A stretch of 64,000 bases of DNA from Octopus sinensis (lineage: Eukaryota). Shown here piece after piece: positions 1-13,168 of this stretch. Made by a program: the position numbers and the translations under genes. Position 1 is the first letter of the stretch, and every line of letters starts with the position of its first letter. The stretch is taken from contig NC_043018.1 in NCBI RefSeq assembly GCF_006345805.1, positions 28,210,001 to 28,274,000 of the forward strand, written 5' to 3'. The notes below the pieces were generated by a model that ran no database searches, was not told the DNA's origin, and was given only the letters and a program-made list of their open reading frames with translations.

Positions 1-2220
1 GCGATAAGATTCGTTTCAGCTTCTCATGGCTGTTTGATATTAGGAGGCTTCAACGCTCCAACGATCGATTGGCCCGCATCAATTTGTACAATATCTTCCC
101 GGTTCGGCCAGGCCCTTCTTGACGTGGCTGAAGATTGTTTTCTATCGCAACATGTTGAATATCCGACAAGGCATCGGTCTGGGCAGCAGCCATCTATGCT
201 GGATCTGGTATTCTCTCGCTATCCAAGATCAGTGTCAGACGTATCTGTGTGCGCCCTTCTTGCCAAGAGTGATAATGCGGTCCTGAAGTTCGTCATGCAC
301 ACAACTTTTTCTACGCTGACGACTACTTCGCTGCCACGTAGAGTCTTCTCTGCAATTAATCTTGAAATTCTAACCGAGGCTTCCGCGCTTCTGGACTGGC
401 GATCCCTGATGACGTTGTCCGTTGTCCTCAGTTGACGAACTATGGTCATCCCTCAAAGCATATGTAATCTGGTTGACTGACCAGGCAGTTCCCGTTGGGC
501 TTCCCAAGAAGAAGAAACACAAGCCCTGGGTGACAAAGAAGGTTAAACGAGAACTTTTTCAACTATTTTCAAACAAGATGATGGTCGTGAACCCCCTCCA
601 TTTGATAGATCGGTACCTCCAATGCTACGATTGGTCATCACGCGGGACGAAGTCAAACGTGTTATTCAAGGCCTCGATGTCAACAAGGGTCACGGTCCTG
701 ACGGCATACACTCACGGGTTATCAAAGCGTTGGCTCCGGTCATCTGCGAGCCCTTAACACGTCTATTCAATATGTCATTGGCGACGGGTGTTATACCTGC
801 GGACTGGAGAACAGCGATAATCTGCCCAATTTTCAAGAAAGGGAGCCGCGAAGACCCGCTTAACTACCGACTGGTTTCCCTTACATCAATAATCAGCAAG
901 ATGTTCGAAACCATCCTTAAGAAAAGTATGATGCTCCACCTCCAAAACACAGCCTCTATCTCTGATTCCCAACACGGCTTCGTGCCGAAGAGATCATGCT
1001 TGACCAACTTACTGGTAATGGAAGAATTGGTGACGCGCATCCTCGATGATAGTGACGCTGTTGACATCGTTTTATTGGACTTTGCCAAAGCTTTTGACTC
1101 GGTAAACCACCGCCAATTACTTGTCAAGCTTCAAGTATATAGTTTCCCTCCGGATATTGTACGATGGGTTGGTGCCTTCCTCTCAGATCGCTCCTTCCAA
1201 GTCCAAGTTAATGGTTCGCGGTCCGACGCCTCCAGTGCGAGCAGTGGCGTGCCTCAAGGTTCAGTGCTTGGTCCCTTATTGTTCTTAGTCTTCATAAATG
1301 ACTTGCCCGACGACCTCACGCAACACACCCTTCTATTTGCCGACGATGTCAAACTAGTCGCTCCTCGCGTTGATATAGAGGATCTTCGTCGATGCCTCCA
1401 CCAAATTTGGAGGTGGTCTAACGAATGGGACCTGTGTCTGAACGTGTCAAAGTGCTGTCATCTACCTGTCGGCTCTCCTCCTGCAACTGAACTTGATTTC
1501 GAGCCGGGTCGTCTGCTGCTGGAGAGGACCGATCAAGTAAAGGACCTGGGTATCTTGGTGGATTCCTCCTTTTCGCCTTCGGTCCAGTGCGTCCATGCTG
1601 CCAACAAAGCACGCGGAATTCTGTTCTTGATTCGACGGTCATTCGGAATGCTCACAGCAGCCATATTCCTACCACTCTATGTCACGCTGGTGAGACCCAT
1701 ATTGGAGTACGAGATTCAAGCCTCTTCTCCTTATCTCCTCAAAGACATACATCATCTCGAAAGAGTCCAGAAGCTGGCTACCCGCATGGTTCATGGTCAC
1801 AAAAATTTGTCTTATGAAGAAAGCTGAGGACGCTCGACCTTTATTCTCTAGAAAAACGCCGCCCCGTGGTGATCTTATTCTCGCTCACAACATCATAAGC
1901 GGAAAGTGTAACCTCTCGAAAGAGCTGTTCTTCGCTCCTGCTCCAGAACGTCGGCTGCGGGATCATTCCGAAAAGCTCTACCTGCGACGATTTCATCTCA
2001 ATCGAAGGAGAGGAGCTTTCTCCGTCCGGGTTGCGGATCCGTGGAACAAGCTGCCAGACGAGATGGTGAAGATGCCGACGACCGCTTTGTTCAAAGTCTC
2101 CCTTGACCTCAAGTGGCCTGAACTCTTTACATGAACACCACCCTGTACTTAACTCCATGTCCCCCTACATGGCCTTGCTATTTGCTTTTGAGCCAAAAAT
2201 TAACTAACTAACTAACTAAC
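1..2220 (+). mobile_element. CR1-group LINE, 5'-truncated by the window edge, frameshifted, (TAAC)n tail
   Basis: APE endonuclease C-terminal motifs (LGGFN, LDLVFS, SDN) in ORF 34-435. RT in 622-1827. CR1-type C-terminus (FSVRVADPWNKLP...FKVSLD) in 1793-2134. Tail aattaactaactaactaactaac ends at ~2220. Confidence 0.9.
622..1827 (+). pseudogene. Reverse transcriptase domain of CR1-group LINE ORF2 (open 401 aa; continues by frameshift to 2134)
   Basis: GPDGIH, NYRLVSLTS, QHGF, LDFAKAFDSV, GVPQGSVLGPLLF, FADD, DLGI motifs. Confidence 0.9.
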
Positions 2221-2289
2221 ATATGCATGTTTATATATACGCACCAAAATGTATACCTATCTCCATACATACACAGACACAGATATGTA

Positions 2290-2426
2290 TTTCTGGCCAT
2301 GTTGTCAGAATGAATGATGAAAGAATACCCAAATTCTTCATGTATAGTTCGCATGGTAATTGGTGTAAGATTGCTTGTCGACCATGGATCACATATAAGA
2401 ACAAGTTGAAGAATAAGTCAATATAA
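2290..2426 (+). mobile_element. RTE-like LINE 3' coding fragment
   Basis: GHVVRMNDERIPK...RPW resembles the RTE C-terminal W.GHV.RM...R.PK...GRP motif. Confidence 0.6.
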
Positions 2427-3453
2427 CTCACACCACCTTTGAGCCAACAGTCTTGAAGCGAACAAAATGGAGATCACTAAGTCAAAATAGTATAAGAGAC
2501 TTTGTTTTAACCAGCATTAACAGGTTTAAGGATGCAAGGTAAAGGAGATAAGCGGTTGCAAATATACCGCCTGCACTGACTAGTAGTTCTCATACTTGCC
2601 ACATTTACAGACGTCTTTGGAAACCGTTGGTGTAACTCAAATATCACATTCGACATAGCCATTATGGCTGGTAAAGTAAGTGTTGGTTATCGGTCCAACA
2701 TAGAGCGAAACCGCTGGGTAAATTCATCATATATATGTATTATATGTATTATAATTTTACAAAAATAGGAATGACCTTGACTTCGACGTTTCGGACTTCT
2801 ACACTTCGTCAGACTGTGGTGCATTTAGATGCGTCCTGGATTTATATAACCTCTGGTAAGTTGTTTTCCTTAGATAAGAAATACAAACAAACATAAATGT
2901 GTATTGTATAAAAAAATCCTGTTAATCATTTAAATATTTCATTGTTTATGATGTGAACAAAATGGTTTTTATTTATATTTTCGCTACGCAAATGGAAATG
3001 CGCATTAACGTGATATACGGGTTTACGAAGATGGCGTCTGTCACATTTTAATACCCTTTACACAGAACGCAAATGGTTACGTAAGAAAATTGAACGATAT
3101 TGAATTTCAGAAAACAATTCCAAATTTGGAGAAGTGGTGAAATTAAAGTTTTTGTGCTCGTGTTTGTGAGTGTTTCTGCGATTACAACGGCGTGAATGTG
3201 GCACATGTGAACGTATGTGTTTTGCGACTGCAGCGGAGTGTGTGTGCGTGGAGGGGGGGAAGGAGGGAGGTTATAAATGCAAATGCAAGAAAATATGAAG
3301 CATTGATCACGATGGTTAAACTTTGTTCCAAGTGCTTTGATGTTGTTTCGTGATGCTGTTTAAAGATGTGGGGTGGGTGGGATGGAAACAATGGCCATCA
3401 TGAAGAAAATTATGGCGTTACTCTCAGTCACGAGAACATCATGCAGCATATAT

Positions 3454-3484
<31 letters not shown>

Positions 3485-3500
3485 CATATGTATGTGTATA

Positions 3501-3583
<83 letters not shown>

Positions 3584-3651
3584 ATATATATGTATATATA
3601 TATATAGAAATAAATAAATATATATATATATATATGTATATGTATATATAT

Positions 3652-3720
<69 letters not shown>

Positions 3721-3724
<4 letters not shown>

Positions 3725-3938
3725 TGTGTGTGTATGTATACGCAAATGCATATGTGTCCATACCGGCATATGTCTATGTGTAGATGTCTTCCCAGATATT
3801 TTGATATATATACGACGGATATGTTCCAGTTATTTTCTGAATTCGAATATAAAACATAAATTTGTATTTTTTGTTTTTTTGTGAGCCAGCGTGAGGTACC
3901 ATGCAGAGTAGTGTTTACTAGCATGAATACTTATCCGC

Positions 3939-3977
<39 letters not shown>

Positions 3978-4311
3978 CATACATTTTATATATATATATA
4001 TATATATGTGCGTGCGTGTGTGTGGTGTGCGTGTGTGTGCATGTGTGTGTGGTGTGTGTGTGCGTGCGTGTGTGTGTGTGTGGTGTGTGTGTGTCTGTGT
4101 GTGTATGTATACGCAAATGCATATGTGTCCATACCGGCATATGTCTATGTGTAGATGTCTTCCCAGATATTTTGATATATATACGACGGATATGTTCCAG
4201 TTATTTTCTGAATTCGAATATAAAACATAAATTTGTATTTTTTGTTTTTTTGTGAGCCAGCGTGAGGTACCATGCAGAGTAGTGTTTACTAGCATGAATA
4301 CTTATCCGCAT
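3721..4311. repeat. Tandem duplication (~370 bp period) of a ~220 bp unique core embedded in TA/TG microsatellites
   Basis: Core gtctgtgtgtgtatgtatacgcaaatgc...gaatacttatccgcat occurs at ~3721-3940 and ~4093-4311 with near-identical sequence. Confidence 0.9.
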
Positions 4312-4601
4312 ATATATATATATATATATATATTATATTATATATATATATATATACATACATTTTATATATATATATATATATGTGTGCGTGCGTGTGT
4401 GTGTGTGTGCGTGTGTGTGCATATGTGTGGGTGTGTGTGTGTGCGTGCGTGTGTGTGTGTGTGCGTGTGTGCATGTGGTGTGTGTGCATGTGTGTGTGTG
4501 GTGTGTATATATTTGTATGTATTTGTGAAATGAATTACGAATGTTTGTGTGTGCATACATGAATACAGTTACGAACTTTCATATAGAATTTGATACAGAA
4601 T

Positions 4602-4674
<73 letters not shown>

Positions 4675-4692
4675 TGTATATATATATATATA

Positions 4693-4917
4693 TTTCTTTA
4701 CTAACCACAAGGGGTTAAACACAGAGGGGACAAACAAGGACAGACAAGCGGATTAAGTCGATTACATCGACTCCAGTGCGTAACTGGTACTTAATTTATC
4801 GACCCCGAAAGGATGAAAGGCAAAGTCAACCTCGGCGGAATTTGAACCCAGAACGTAACGGCAGACGAAATACGGCTACGCATTTCGCCCGGCGTGCTAA
4901 CGTTTCTGCCAGCTCAT
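4693..4917 (-). mobile_element. SINE family B (gagctggcagaa...ggggtcgat type)
   Basis: Reverse complement matches the copies at 8113-8336 and 60128-60339. Confidence 0.85.
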
Positions 4918-5069
4918 ATATATGACGTATATATGTATGTATGTGTGTATGTCTATAAATATGCACATACATACGATATATATATATACATACAGGCATA
5001 TTTATATTACACTGGTGAGTGTGTTAACTAATAGAGCATTGAAACTGAATGATTCTCCCCAGACACCAC

Positions 5070-5108
<39 letters not shown>

Positions 5109-5339
5109 TATATATATATATATGATGTATATATATATGTGTGTGTGGATATATAGGTTGCAATGTTGCATAAAAAAAATCACTTATAGTTGCCACTAAG
5201 CACACACACATACACGCACACACTTGCACGCGCGCATACACATATATAAACTGGTGAAACAGAACACAATACGTGGAAATACATAAATTCCGATATTGAA
5301 ATCTACATAAAATTCCAGACTCGACTCAAGCGTATAGAA

Positions 5340-5528
5340 TTTCTTTCACAGCAGATATATATATATACGGTATTCATAATTTCTGGAATCACACTCTCAC
5401 ATATTCCTGAAGGTAAACGACCACATATATATATATACATTATTATACACACTGCCCGATACGGGAATCAAACTGACTACCTCACTATTGCGAGCTCGAC
5501 GTTCTAACTAGAGAGCTATGCGCCTCCA
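5340..5528 (-). mobile_element. tRNA-derived SINE (decayed)
   Basis: Minus strand begins ggaggcgcatagctctctagttagaac (A box-like) and carries agtttgattccc (B box-like). Confidence 0.55.
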
Positions 5529-5564
5529 TACATGCGTGCATATAGATATTTATATATACACGCG

Positions 5565-5622
<58 letters not shown>

Positions 5623-6639
5623 TATATATATATATATATATATTTACATGCATATATATCTGTATACATACAGTACAAGCATACATGCCTACACACACAC
5701 ACACACACACGCATATATATATATGTAAATACATCCTTACATATATATATACATACACGCACACATACATACACGCAATTACATATACATATACATGTGT
5801 ATACATGTATAGCTGTGTGTGTTTTCCATTTTCGCTGTCTGTTTTGATTTAAAAGCAATTGTATTGTTTTAATGATTTGATCAATGTTATTGTTTTTAAT
5901 TCAGAACATATCTAAAAATGGAGTTAAACAGATAGTTATACCTTTTGTTTCTCTCTTACGTTATATCCACTTCGTCTTATATGTTCATGTTTGTGAACGA
6001 TTGTGTGTGATTATGAGTGTTTGTATGTGTTTGTGAAGTTTCCCTATGTGTATGTATTTGTATGCGAGTGCGTGTGTTCGTGTGTGTGTTATGATAAGAA
6101 TAAATAGGGGGCGAAACAGAAGGAATCTAACCAGGAGATTAGCGAGGTAAATAATCACAGTGAGTTATTTGTGAGAATGTCTCTAGTTACTGTTTAATTC
6201 CAGCTGTGTTTTCTGTGTAAAATATTTCCAAATGGTGCAGCCATTTTAAAAGCAGCATTTCAATTAATAAAAAAAGGAAAACAAAAAAATAAAAACACAA
6301 AATATGAGGACAAAAAACATGGCAAACTACAATTTTTTAAAACATTTCCACGAATTCTCTTTGACAAAGGGAAATATCATGTTATCAAGCAAGTTCTGAT
6401 TTGGTTGCATTGGTAAAACATCATTTTTAAAAACAAGGAAATACACGAAGACCTAGCGATGCAGTTAAAAAAGAGCCTCTTCAAAAATATGTGAGACTGT
6501 TTGGGAAGCTACTGCACGATATCTTGATTGAAGTATCGTCTGCTTAAGCTTCGATTTGATCAACGCCATGTTAGTAGAATTCACTGGGCGGAAACGATGA
6601 CAATGTTTCTTTTGGGGGATGAAAAAAACAAAAAACAAA

Positions 6640-7056
6640 AAACAAAAGAAACAAAAAACGGTGGCGTAGGTTTTCGATCAAAAGGGATCAAAAGGGAAAA
6701 AAAGAACAAAAAATTAAAAAAAGAAGAAAAGGAAAAGGAACAAAAGAAAAGAGAAATGAAAAAAAGAAAAAAAGGGGGAAAGGGGAAGAGGAAAAAAAAC
6801 CCTCAATAGGGATCTCATGTATCACAGTGTTATGATGTATGGTGTAAAGGGGAAATCAAGTAAGGTTTATCCGTGAGAAGAAAAGCCTACGAAAAAGACC
6901 ACGGTAACCTTGGTCAATATTGTTATATGTTACCACATTTGTTTGCAAGTGGGTAACCCTCTGTTTTCAATTTCTGGATTCATAGGATTATGCTCAAGGT
7001 GGCTTCGTCATTCATACGTGCCATCCTTGCTACAGTCACCCATCTTTTTTTTAAAC

Positions 7057-7058
<2 letters not shown>
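6640..7058 (-). mobile_element. L1/Tx1-like LINE, short 5'-truncated 3' fragment
   Basis: Aligns by eye with 41000-41355 (aagcctacg..aaagaccacggtaacc; caaggtggcttcgtcattcatacgtgccatccttg). Homology stops at aaacat, directly followed by (AGAT)n. Confidence 0.85.
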
Positions 7059-7107
<49 letters not shown>

Positions 7108-7350
7108 TGTAGATAGATAGGTAGATAGATAGTTAGATGGATAGATAGATTGATAGATTGATAGATAGATAAATGGATGGATGGATAGATAGTTGGATAG
7201 ACAGATAGATAGATGGATAGATAGATAGATAGATACATACATACATACATACATGCATACATTCATACATACATACATACATACATACATACATGCATGC
7301 ATGCATACATACATACATACTACATACATACATCATACATACATACATAT
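7058..7350. repeat. (GATA)n followed by (TACA)n microsatellite
   Basis: Direct inspection. Confidence 0.95.
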
Positions 7351-7374
7351 GTATGTGTGCACACATTCCTACAT

Positions 7375-7726
7375 TCCCATCAAAAGATCTCTCAAGTGTA
7401 AGCGTAACAGGTTGGATATTGTTGTTCGCAAGAGAAAAGAAATTGCATGTTCCGTCATGGAGGTGAATATTTCTTTGAAAATCAAAGACCGAAGATAACT
7501 ATAGACAACTGCTTTGAAATCTCCAGCCTTTATATCCGGATTCCAGATTTACATTGATACCAAAAATACTTGGAGCACTTGGTTTTGACGTAAATATCCA
7601 TCAGCCATTCTGAATAAGCTAGGATTTTCAGAAAAAGAAATGAACCTACTGATTCGCACATTACAATTACAATACGTAAGCGGAACAATAAAACTATGCA
7701 AGACCTCTCTCGGGTTTAAAATGTGA
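7375..7726 (+). mobile_element. R4/Dong-like (restriction-like endonuclease) LINE 3' fragment
   Basis: KCKRNRLDIVV...MEV, IPKILGALGF and LNKLGFSEKEMNLLIRTLQLQYVSGTIKLCKTSLGFKM* fit the RLE C-terminus (NRPDIV...E...PII.GALG...LGF). Stop at 7724-7726. Confidence 0.65.
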
Positions 7727-8112
7727 CATTGTTTTTGTTAGCTACATTCGATCGTTGGAGCTTTGTATCTTTGTTAAAAACTAGCTCCTTCTTCAGAGGA
7801 AAAATTGAAATGATTAAAAGCAGAATAGAACATACATGCATGTCTAGGTGTGTGAATTGTGTGCTGTGTGTATGTGTGGAGAGAGAAAGAAAGAGGTCGT
7901 GAGTCAGTGGAGAAGAGAGAAGTGAAGGAAGACAAACAGAGAGAGAAGGAGAGTGAGGAAGGGGATATAATTTTCGTAGGAACGTGAAACGAGGTCATGT
8001 GAAGACCTTAAAATCAAGCATCGGATGAAGGGATGGATATTCCCATGCACATTACCCGGAGAAGTCAAAAGTGCCCCTATTATATTGTACAGGTCGATGG
8101 TATAACGAAAAG

Positions 8113-8336
8113 GCGTCGAGCTGGCAGAATCGTTAGCACGTCGGGCGAAATGCGCAGCCGTATTTCGTCAGCCGTTGCGTTCAAATTCTACCGAGGTCGA
8201 CTTTGCCTTTCATCCTTTAGGGGTCGATAAATTAAGGACCATTTACGCACTGGGGTCGATGTAATCGACTTAATCCGTTTGTCTGTCCGTGTTTGTCCCC
8301 TCTGTGTTTAGCCCCTTGTGGGTAGTAAAGAAATAG
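8113..8336 (+). mobile_element. SINE family B
   Basis: gagctggcagaatcgttagcacg...ggggtcgatgtaatcgacttaatccg...agtaaagaaata. Confidence 0.85.
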
Positions 8337-8674
8337 GGGCAATGGAAAAGTTCAACATAAATGACAAAACCATGGAATGTGTTCCAAACAAGAGTTTTTC
8401 GCCCTCCAAATTCGCAATGTTAGATAATTATGAATACAGGAGGATCAGTTGGTTATAGTTTTTTTCATCGTATTCCCCTTTTCGATTCACAGACGTAATA
8501 CAGCGGTCCTTCAATTTTTCTCAGGCCTCTAAAAGAACTCGGAAGTTTAGGGCTCGAACCAGACCTTTCGCGACACCCTTAAAGCGAGGAACTTTCCATC
8601 ACCCCCACGTATACACACCATAATCTAAGCACATTGTTTTTCCTCTGCATGCTTTGTACGTGAATCGTATTGCC

Positions 8675-8810
8675 TAGCAGTTAGGATGTTGCACTCACAA
8701 TCACAAAAACGGGGTTTCGATTCCCAGACTGGGTAGTGCGTTCTGTTCTTGAACAAAACACTTCAATACATGTCGCTTTCTAGCAGTCCACCCACCTGTA
8801 AATTAGTAAC
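8675..8810 (+). mobile_element. Decayed tRNA-derived SINE
   Basis: tagcagttagg (A box-like) and ggtttcgattccc (B box-like), followed by a core-like segment. Confidence 0.45.
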
Positions 8811-9867
8811 CCCGCGACAAACTAGCGTCGCTTTCACGGAAAATGTTATTGCTGTTACGTATACTCCATGGATACCGGATCATCGATCTTACTAATCCTA
8901 GTGTACACGAGAAGGCATTTAATTTTACAGCTTCTTGCATGTGTGTGAGAACAAAAATCATCAGCGGAAAATTGTATTGCATCGCGGGTAAGATACTACG
9001 CAAATAGTTATGGTGACATCCTTCGGTGCAGATGTGTCTCGTCTGATGACTTTTCAATAACTACTTTTAAATAACTACATACATACGCACACACATATAC
9101 ATACGTATTTATGTACGCTTTTATATATTTATGTATATGTATACGTGTAAGTATATGAATGCATATATATATATATATATATATAGATACATATGTATGT
9201 ATGTATGTGCGTGTGTATACCTGTGTCTGTGGAGAGAGAAAGAAAGCATTATGAAAAGGAAACTTTGTTTAGATAGCAATAAAATAAAATATAACCGTGC
9301 TGAAGATTAATGGTCATTTCCCATGGGTATCACCTATGTATATTGTACATCGTCCAAATGCTACTAATGGCAGCTCATCGAATTTTGTAAAGTCATAAAT
9401 GCATATACATCGACAGTGTGAAAAACGAGTGATGCCGGAAAATATATACTGAGAAACAAAGCGGACAGAACAGAAAGACAGAGAGGAAGAGAGGAAGAGA
9501 GTCAGAAAGGGGAAATAAGAAAAGAGAGATAAAAATATGGGTACTTTCTCCACATTCGAATATTATGCATTGTTAACAACATTCTAGATAGATTTTTTAC
9601 ATTTGTTTTAATTCATGCAGTTAATCAAAATCAATAATTGATTTAAAATATCTTCCAATCCATTAAAACATCAGATAATGCTTCAGAGCATTTTTAGGAA
9701 ACATATTCAATATACATTAGTCTAAAACTAAAATTTAGGAAAAGTATATGCATACATATATACGCTCATAAACATACATGAATATATACACATACACACA
9801 TGTACGCATACGTGCACATGCACACAGACACATACACACACACATATAATTATAAATAAGGACAAAA

Positions 9868-10293
9868 AAATTTCGGATCTATTCGGTTTGAACGGCAGTT
9901 TTTTCTAGCGATGTCATATGAAATTGTCACCCATAATTATGACCCTAGTATCGATCTATTTCATTTCAATCTGTTTTAGGGTTAAGGGTGGGGGGAAGGG
10001 TATCTTCTTTTCTTCAGAAATGTAAATAAATCCAATCTGTTTCTTAAACGAGGGACGTATTCATACGGCACAGAATGTTTTCACCTTAATAGACGTCGTT
10101 GATTGGTTGAAATTGCAGAAATTGAAGACAAAAAAACAACAAATATTTTACAAACTATAGAATTTTCTCAATAAAGCCAAGAGAAAAATATGTTTTATAA
10201 ACACATTCTACTAGTATACGAAGTTTAAAAGTATTTAGTTACGTGGAAATTATTTTAAAAAAACTGCCGTCCAAACCGAAAAGATCCAAATTT
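9868..10293. mobile_element. MITE-like element with ~36 bp terminal inverted repeats
   Basis: aaatttcggatctattcggtttgaacggcagttttt (9868-9905) versus aaaaactgccgtccaaaccgaaaagatccaaattt (~10259-10293). Confidence 0.7.
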
Positions 10294-10440
10294 CTATGTT
10301 AACGTTCTGAAAACACTTTAGATTGTCTAACCACATACAATATTTTTCACTATAAATACACAGCGTGTTGAAAGGTGTTCCTCGTTGACGAAAGAAGAAT
10401 CCTCTTTGATTAATCTATTATTTATCCCTCATATATACTA

Positions 10441-10735
10441 TTTTACTCTTTTACTTGTTTCAGTCATTTGACTGCGGCCATGGTGGAGCACCGCCTTTAG
10501 TCGAGCAAATCGAACCTAGGACTTATTCTTTGTAAGCCTAGTACTTATTCTGTCGGACTCTTTTGCCGAACCGCTAAGTTACGGGGACCTAAACACACCA
10601 GCATAGGTTGTCAAGCGATGTTGGGGGGACAAACACACATACATATATATACATATATACAATGGACGTCTTTCAGTTTCCATCTACCAAATCCACTCAT
10701 AAGGCTTTGGTCAACCCGAGGCTATAGCAGAAACA
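10441..10735 (-). mobile_element. SINE family A (tRNA/CORE-like, octopus OR-type), 5'-truncated
   Basis: Matches the copies at 44247, 56525 and 59156 (accgctaagttacgggg, ctaccaaatccactca). Confidence 0.85.
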
Positions 10736-10739
10736 CAGC

Positions 10740-11650
10740 GATGGATATGTTATTCGCGAAGGCAGTATTAGGTAGTGCTAAGGAGTTCTGGTTGAAGTGG
10801 AGCTAGGAAAATATGGTGAAATAATTGATGTTGGGGTGGCTATAAGAGAGAATGTGCTGGATAAGAGGAATGTGCAAATGTAATCTTAAGAAGGAATATT
10901 TAGTATAAAATGTAGTATTGGTAGAAGAGATAGGTTGCAACTACGACCAGGTTGTAACCTAAGGTAAATTGTAATTAGGGAATTACTTAGATTTAACAAA
11001 ATAGGCAAAGTAGAATCTGTGCTAACATGAAGGGATTACATCTGAAAATCTATTATGTAATGAGGAGTTGCGATTGCAAAGAATGGTGAGCGATTCCCTC
11101 AAACAATTTACCAACGCCGAGGTTAGCGTTGCACGGGGGAAACTTACTGGCGACGGACCAGGATAGGGTGTAGGGAATGCTTTGCGATTTGAGGTTGTGT
11201 ATATAAGTTGCTTAAGAGGTAAATCATTTAGATGTTTTATTGGAGAAAAAATTCATGTGTGCTCGGTAGCGGCGCTTGAAATCAACAGTGCCGCCTATGC
11301 AGACTCTTGCTTGGTGGGAGCATGGTGTTACTACTCAGCATTTGTAGACTATATTTTTGCATAGACTTCATTGCTAAGACGGCCAGGTTCGAGTGATCTG
11401 ATACAAGCGAAGAAGAGCGGGAGATATCAGTAACAAAGTTTGATTGAGGGTCGCGTGTCACTGATGATATATATATATGTGGTTATATCGGTAGCATTAC
11501 GGTCAGTCGCTTTAAGGTTGGTAGAACTGAATTAGGTGGGATACCTAAGGGTTGTATTATTGCAACTAAGTGGGGTTGGGGTTGGTTTTAGTTGGAAAGA
11601 TCCTAGGGGCGAAAGATAGGAGATTAAGTTTGCGTCCATTTGAGGAGGCA
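10740..11650 (-). mobile_element. Possible highly degraded LINE RT fragment
   Basis: Only a weak GIPPNSVLPTL (cf. GIPQGSVLGP) and LINE-like composition. Confidence 0.3.
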
Positions 11651-11899
11651 GTTATCGTTTCCTTCTCATTATTTACATGTTTATAAAATATTTTTCATAT
11701 CATTCGTTTATTGGCCTCATATTTTCCATACCTGCCCACCTGGATTCCTGTTATAACCACTCTTTACCCTGCGGATTTGGTCCTCGTTAACGGTCTCGGA
11801 GTGTAAGTTCAAACCAGTTGAGCGCTCTTTTCTATATTGAGAATCACTGTATCTCATTTAATGACTCTCTCTCTCACTCTCTTGTTTATATATATATAT

Positions 11900-11972
<73 letters not shown>

Positions 11973-11974
11973 TA

Positions 11975-12160
11975 TCTAAGAGATTTTACGAAAAAAAACA
12001 AGACGAAGACAGGTGATGTACAAAACAAACAATGATGTATTAGTATAACGCTCAGGAATAGAAAAAGTCTTATACGTTTCGAGCCTACGCTCTTCTACAG
12101 AAAGGGACTGAAAAAACAAGGAGAGAAAATGTGTGCAGTGGCTAACGATCTATCATCGTG
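11975..12160 (-). mobile_element. Short repeat family H (HHR-variant-bearing, pLTR-like)
   Basis: Homologous to 27055-27190, 46640-46780 and 62405-62620. Flanked by (TA)n. Confidence 0.8.
12068..12105 (-). ncRNA. Minimal hammerhead-like motif with A6U core change (family H)
   Basis: Minus strand: CCTTT CTGTAGA A GAGC-GTAG-GCTC GAAA CG TA TAAGA. Confidence 0.5.
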
Positions 12161-12876
12161 ACATATATATATATATATATATATATGAACACTCGTACAT
12201 ATATGCATACATGCATACATACATTTATACGTTCACAAATGCATGCATGCATATATATGCATCCACACAGGTATACACACAAGCATTTACATACATAAAT
12301 ATATGTATCCATCAATAAAAGAAATGCTTTGAAATTACGAAATTATTTTCTCTTTCTTAAATTCCATTTATTGACAAACAATTTGTCAATGAATCCAGGA
12401 TGATTTTAGTCGATATTTATTTAGGAAGAAAATATTCGGATATCAATGTACCAATCAAATATTTTCATAAAATTTCAGGTACGACTGAAATGTTTACAGC
12501 TATTCTTGCAATACGCATCTCTTCAAATATTTGTCTATCAATATCTGAGATAATTTCTACAGCAGAATTCTGAAAATTTGAATCGCTTCCTGTTATTGTG
12601 CAGTACCTTGTGCGAGAGTTATTTATGTGTGTGTGTGTTCACGCGCGCCTGTGTGTATTTATACGTGTGTGCGAATGTGTGCATATGTGAATGTTTGTGA
12701 TGAATGAGGAAAAACAAGAAAAATTACAAAGAACAAATTTTAAGAGTCGTGTTATTAGTATAACATTTGAAAGCAAACGTTTCGTGCGTTAGTCCTTCAT
12801 CAGAAATATACACACACATATACATATACAATACATACATATATCTGCACACATATTAATAAGTACATGCACGTAC

Positions 12877-12909
<33 letters not shown>

Positions 12910-13168
12910 ATTAGATAATATATGCATTCATGTACGTATACACATATATCTATCTCACTCTCTCTGTCTCTGTCTGTCTGTCTGTCTGTCTCTCTCTTTC
13001 TCTCTCTCTCTCTGTATATAATATATTTAATAAGTATAATGTAAATTTTTATACGCTACTATAAGTTTCATGTAGTGAGATCATGCCAAGTACTATCTTT
13101 AACACGTCTATCATCATAGTACAATCGTCAGGTATTGCCCACATGACATAACACAATATATATATATA

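Noticed and set aside
2775-2816. Minus-strand CTGACGA...GAAAC hammerhead-like motif
   Set aside because: Helices I and II do not pair well. Probably a decayed relic and not counted as intact.
3028-3086. AAGATGGCG (YY1/initiator-like) motif plus a GTAAGA donor as a gene start
   Set aside because: These are short motifs expected by chance, the ATG frame stops after 6 codons, and there is no independent support.
12765-12808. Minus-strand CTGATGAAGGAC...GAAAC motif
   Set aside because: Core and helix I are present but helices II and III are broken, so it is treated as decayed.
13040-13110. Minus-strand HHR-like relic (GAAACTTATAGTA)
   Set aside because: The core reads GTTAAAGA with several non-compensated changes.
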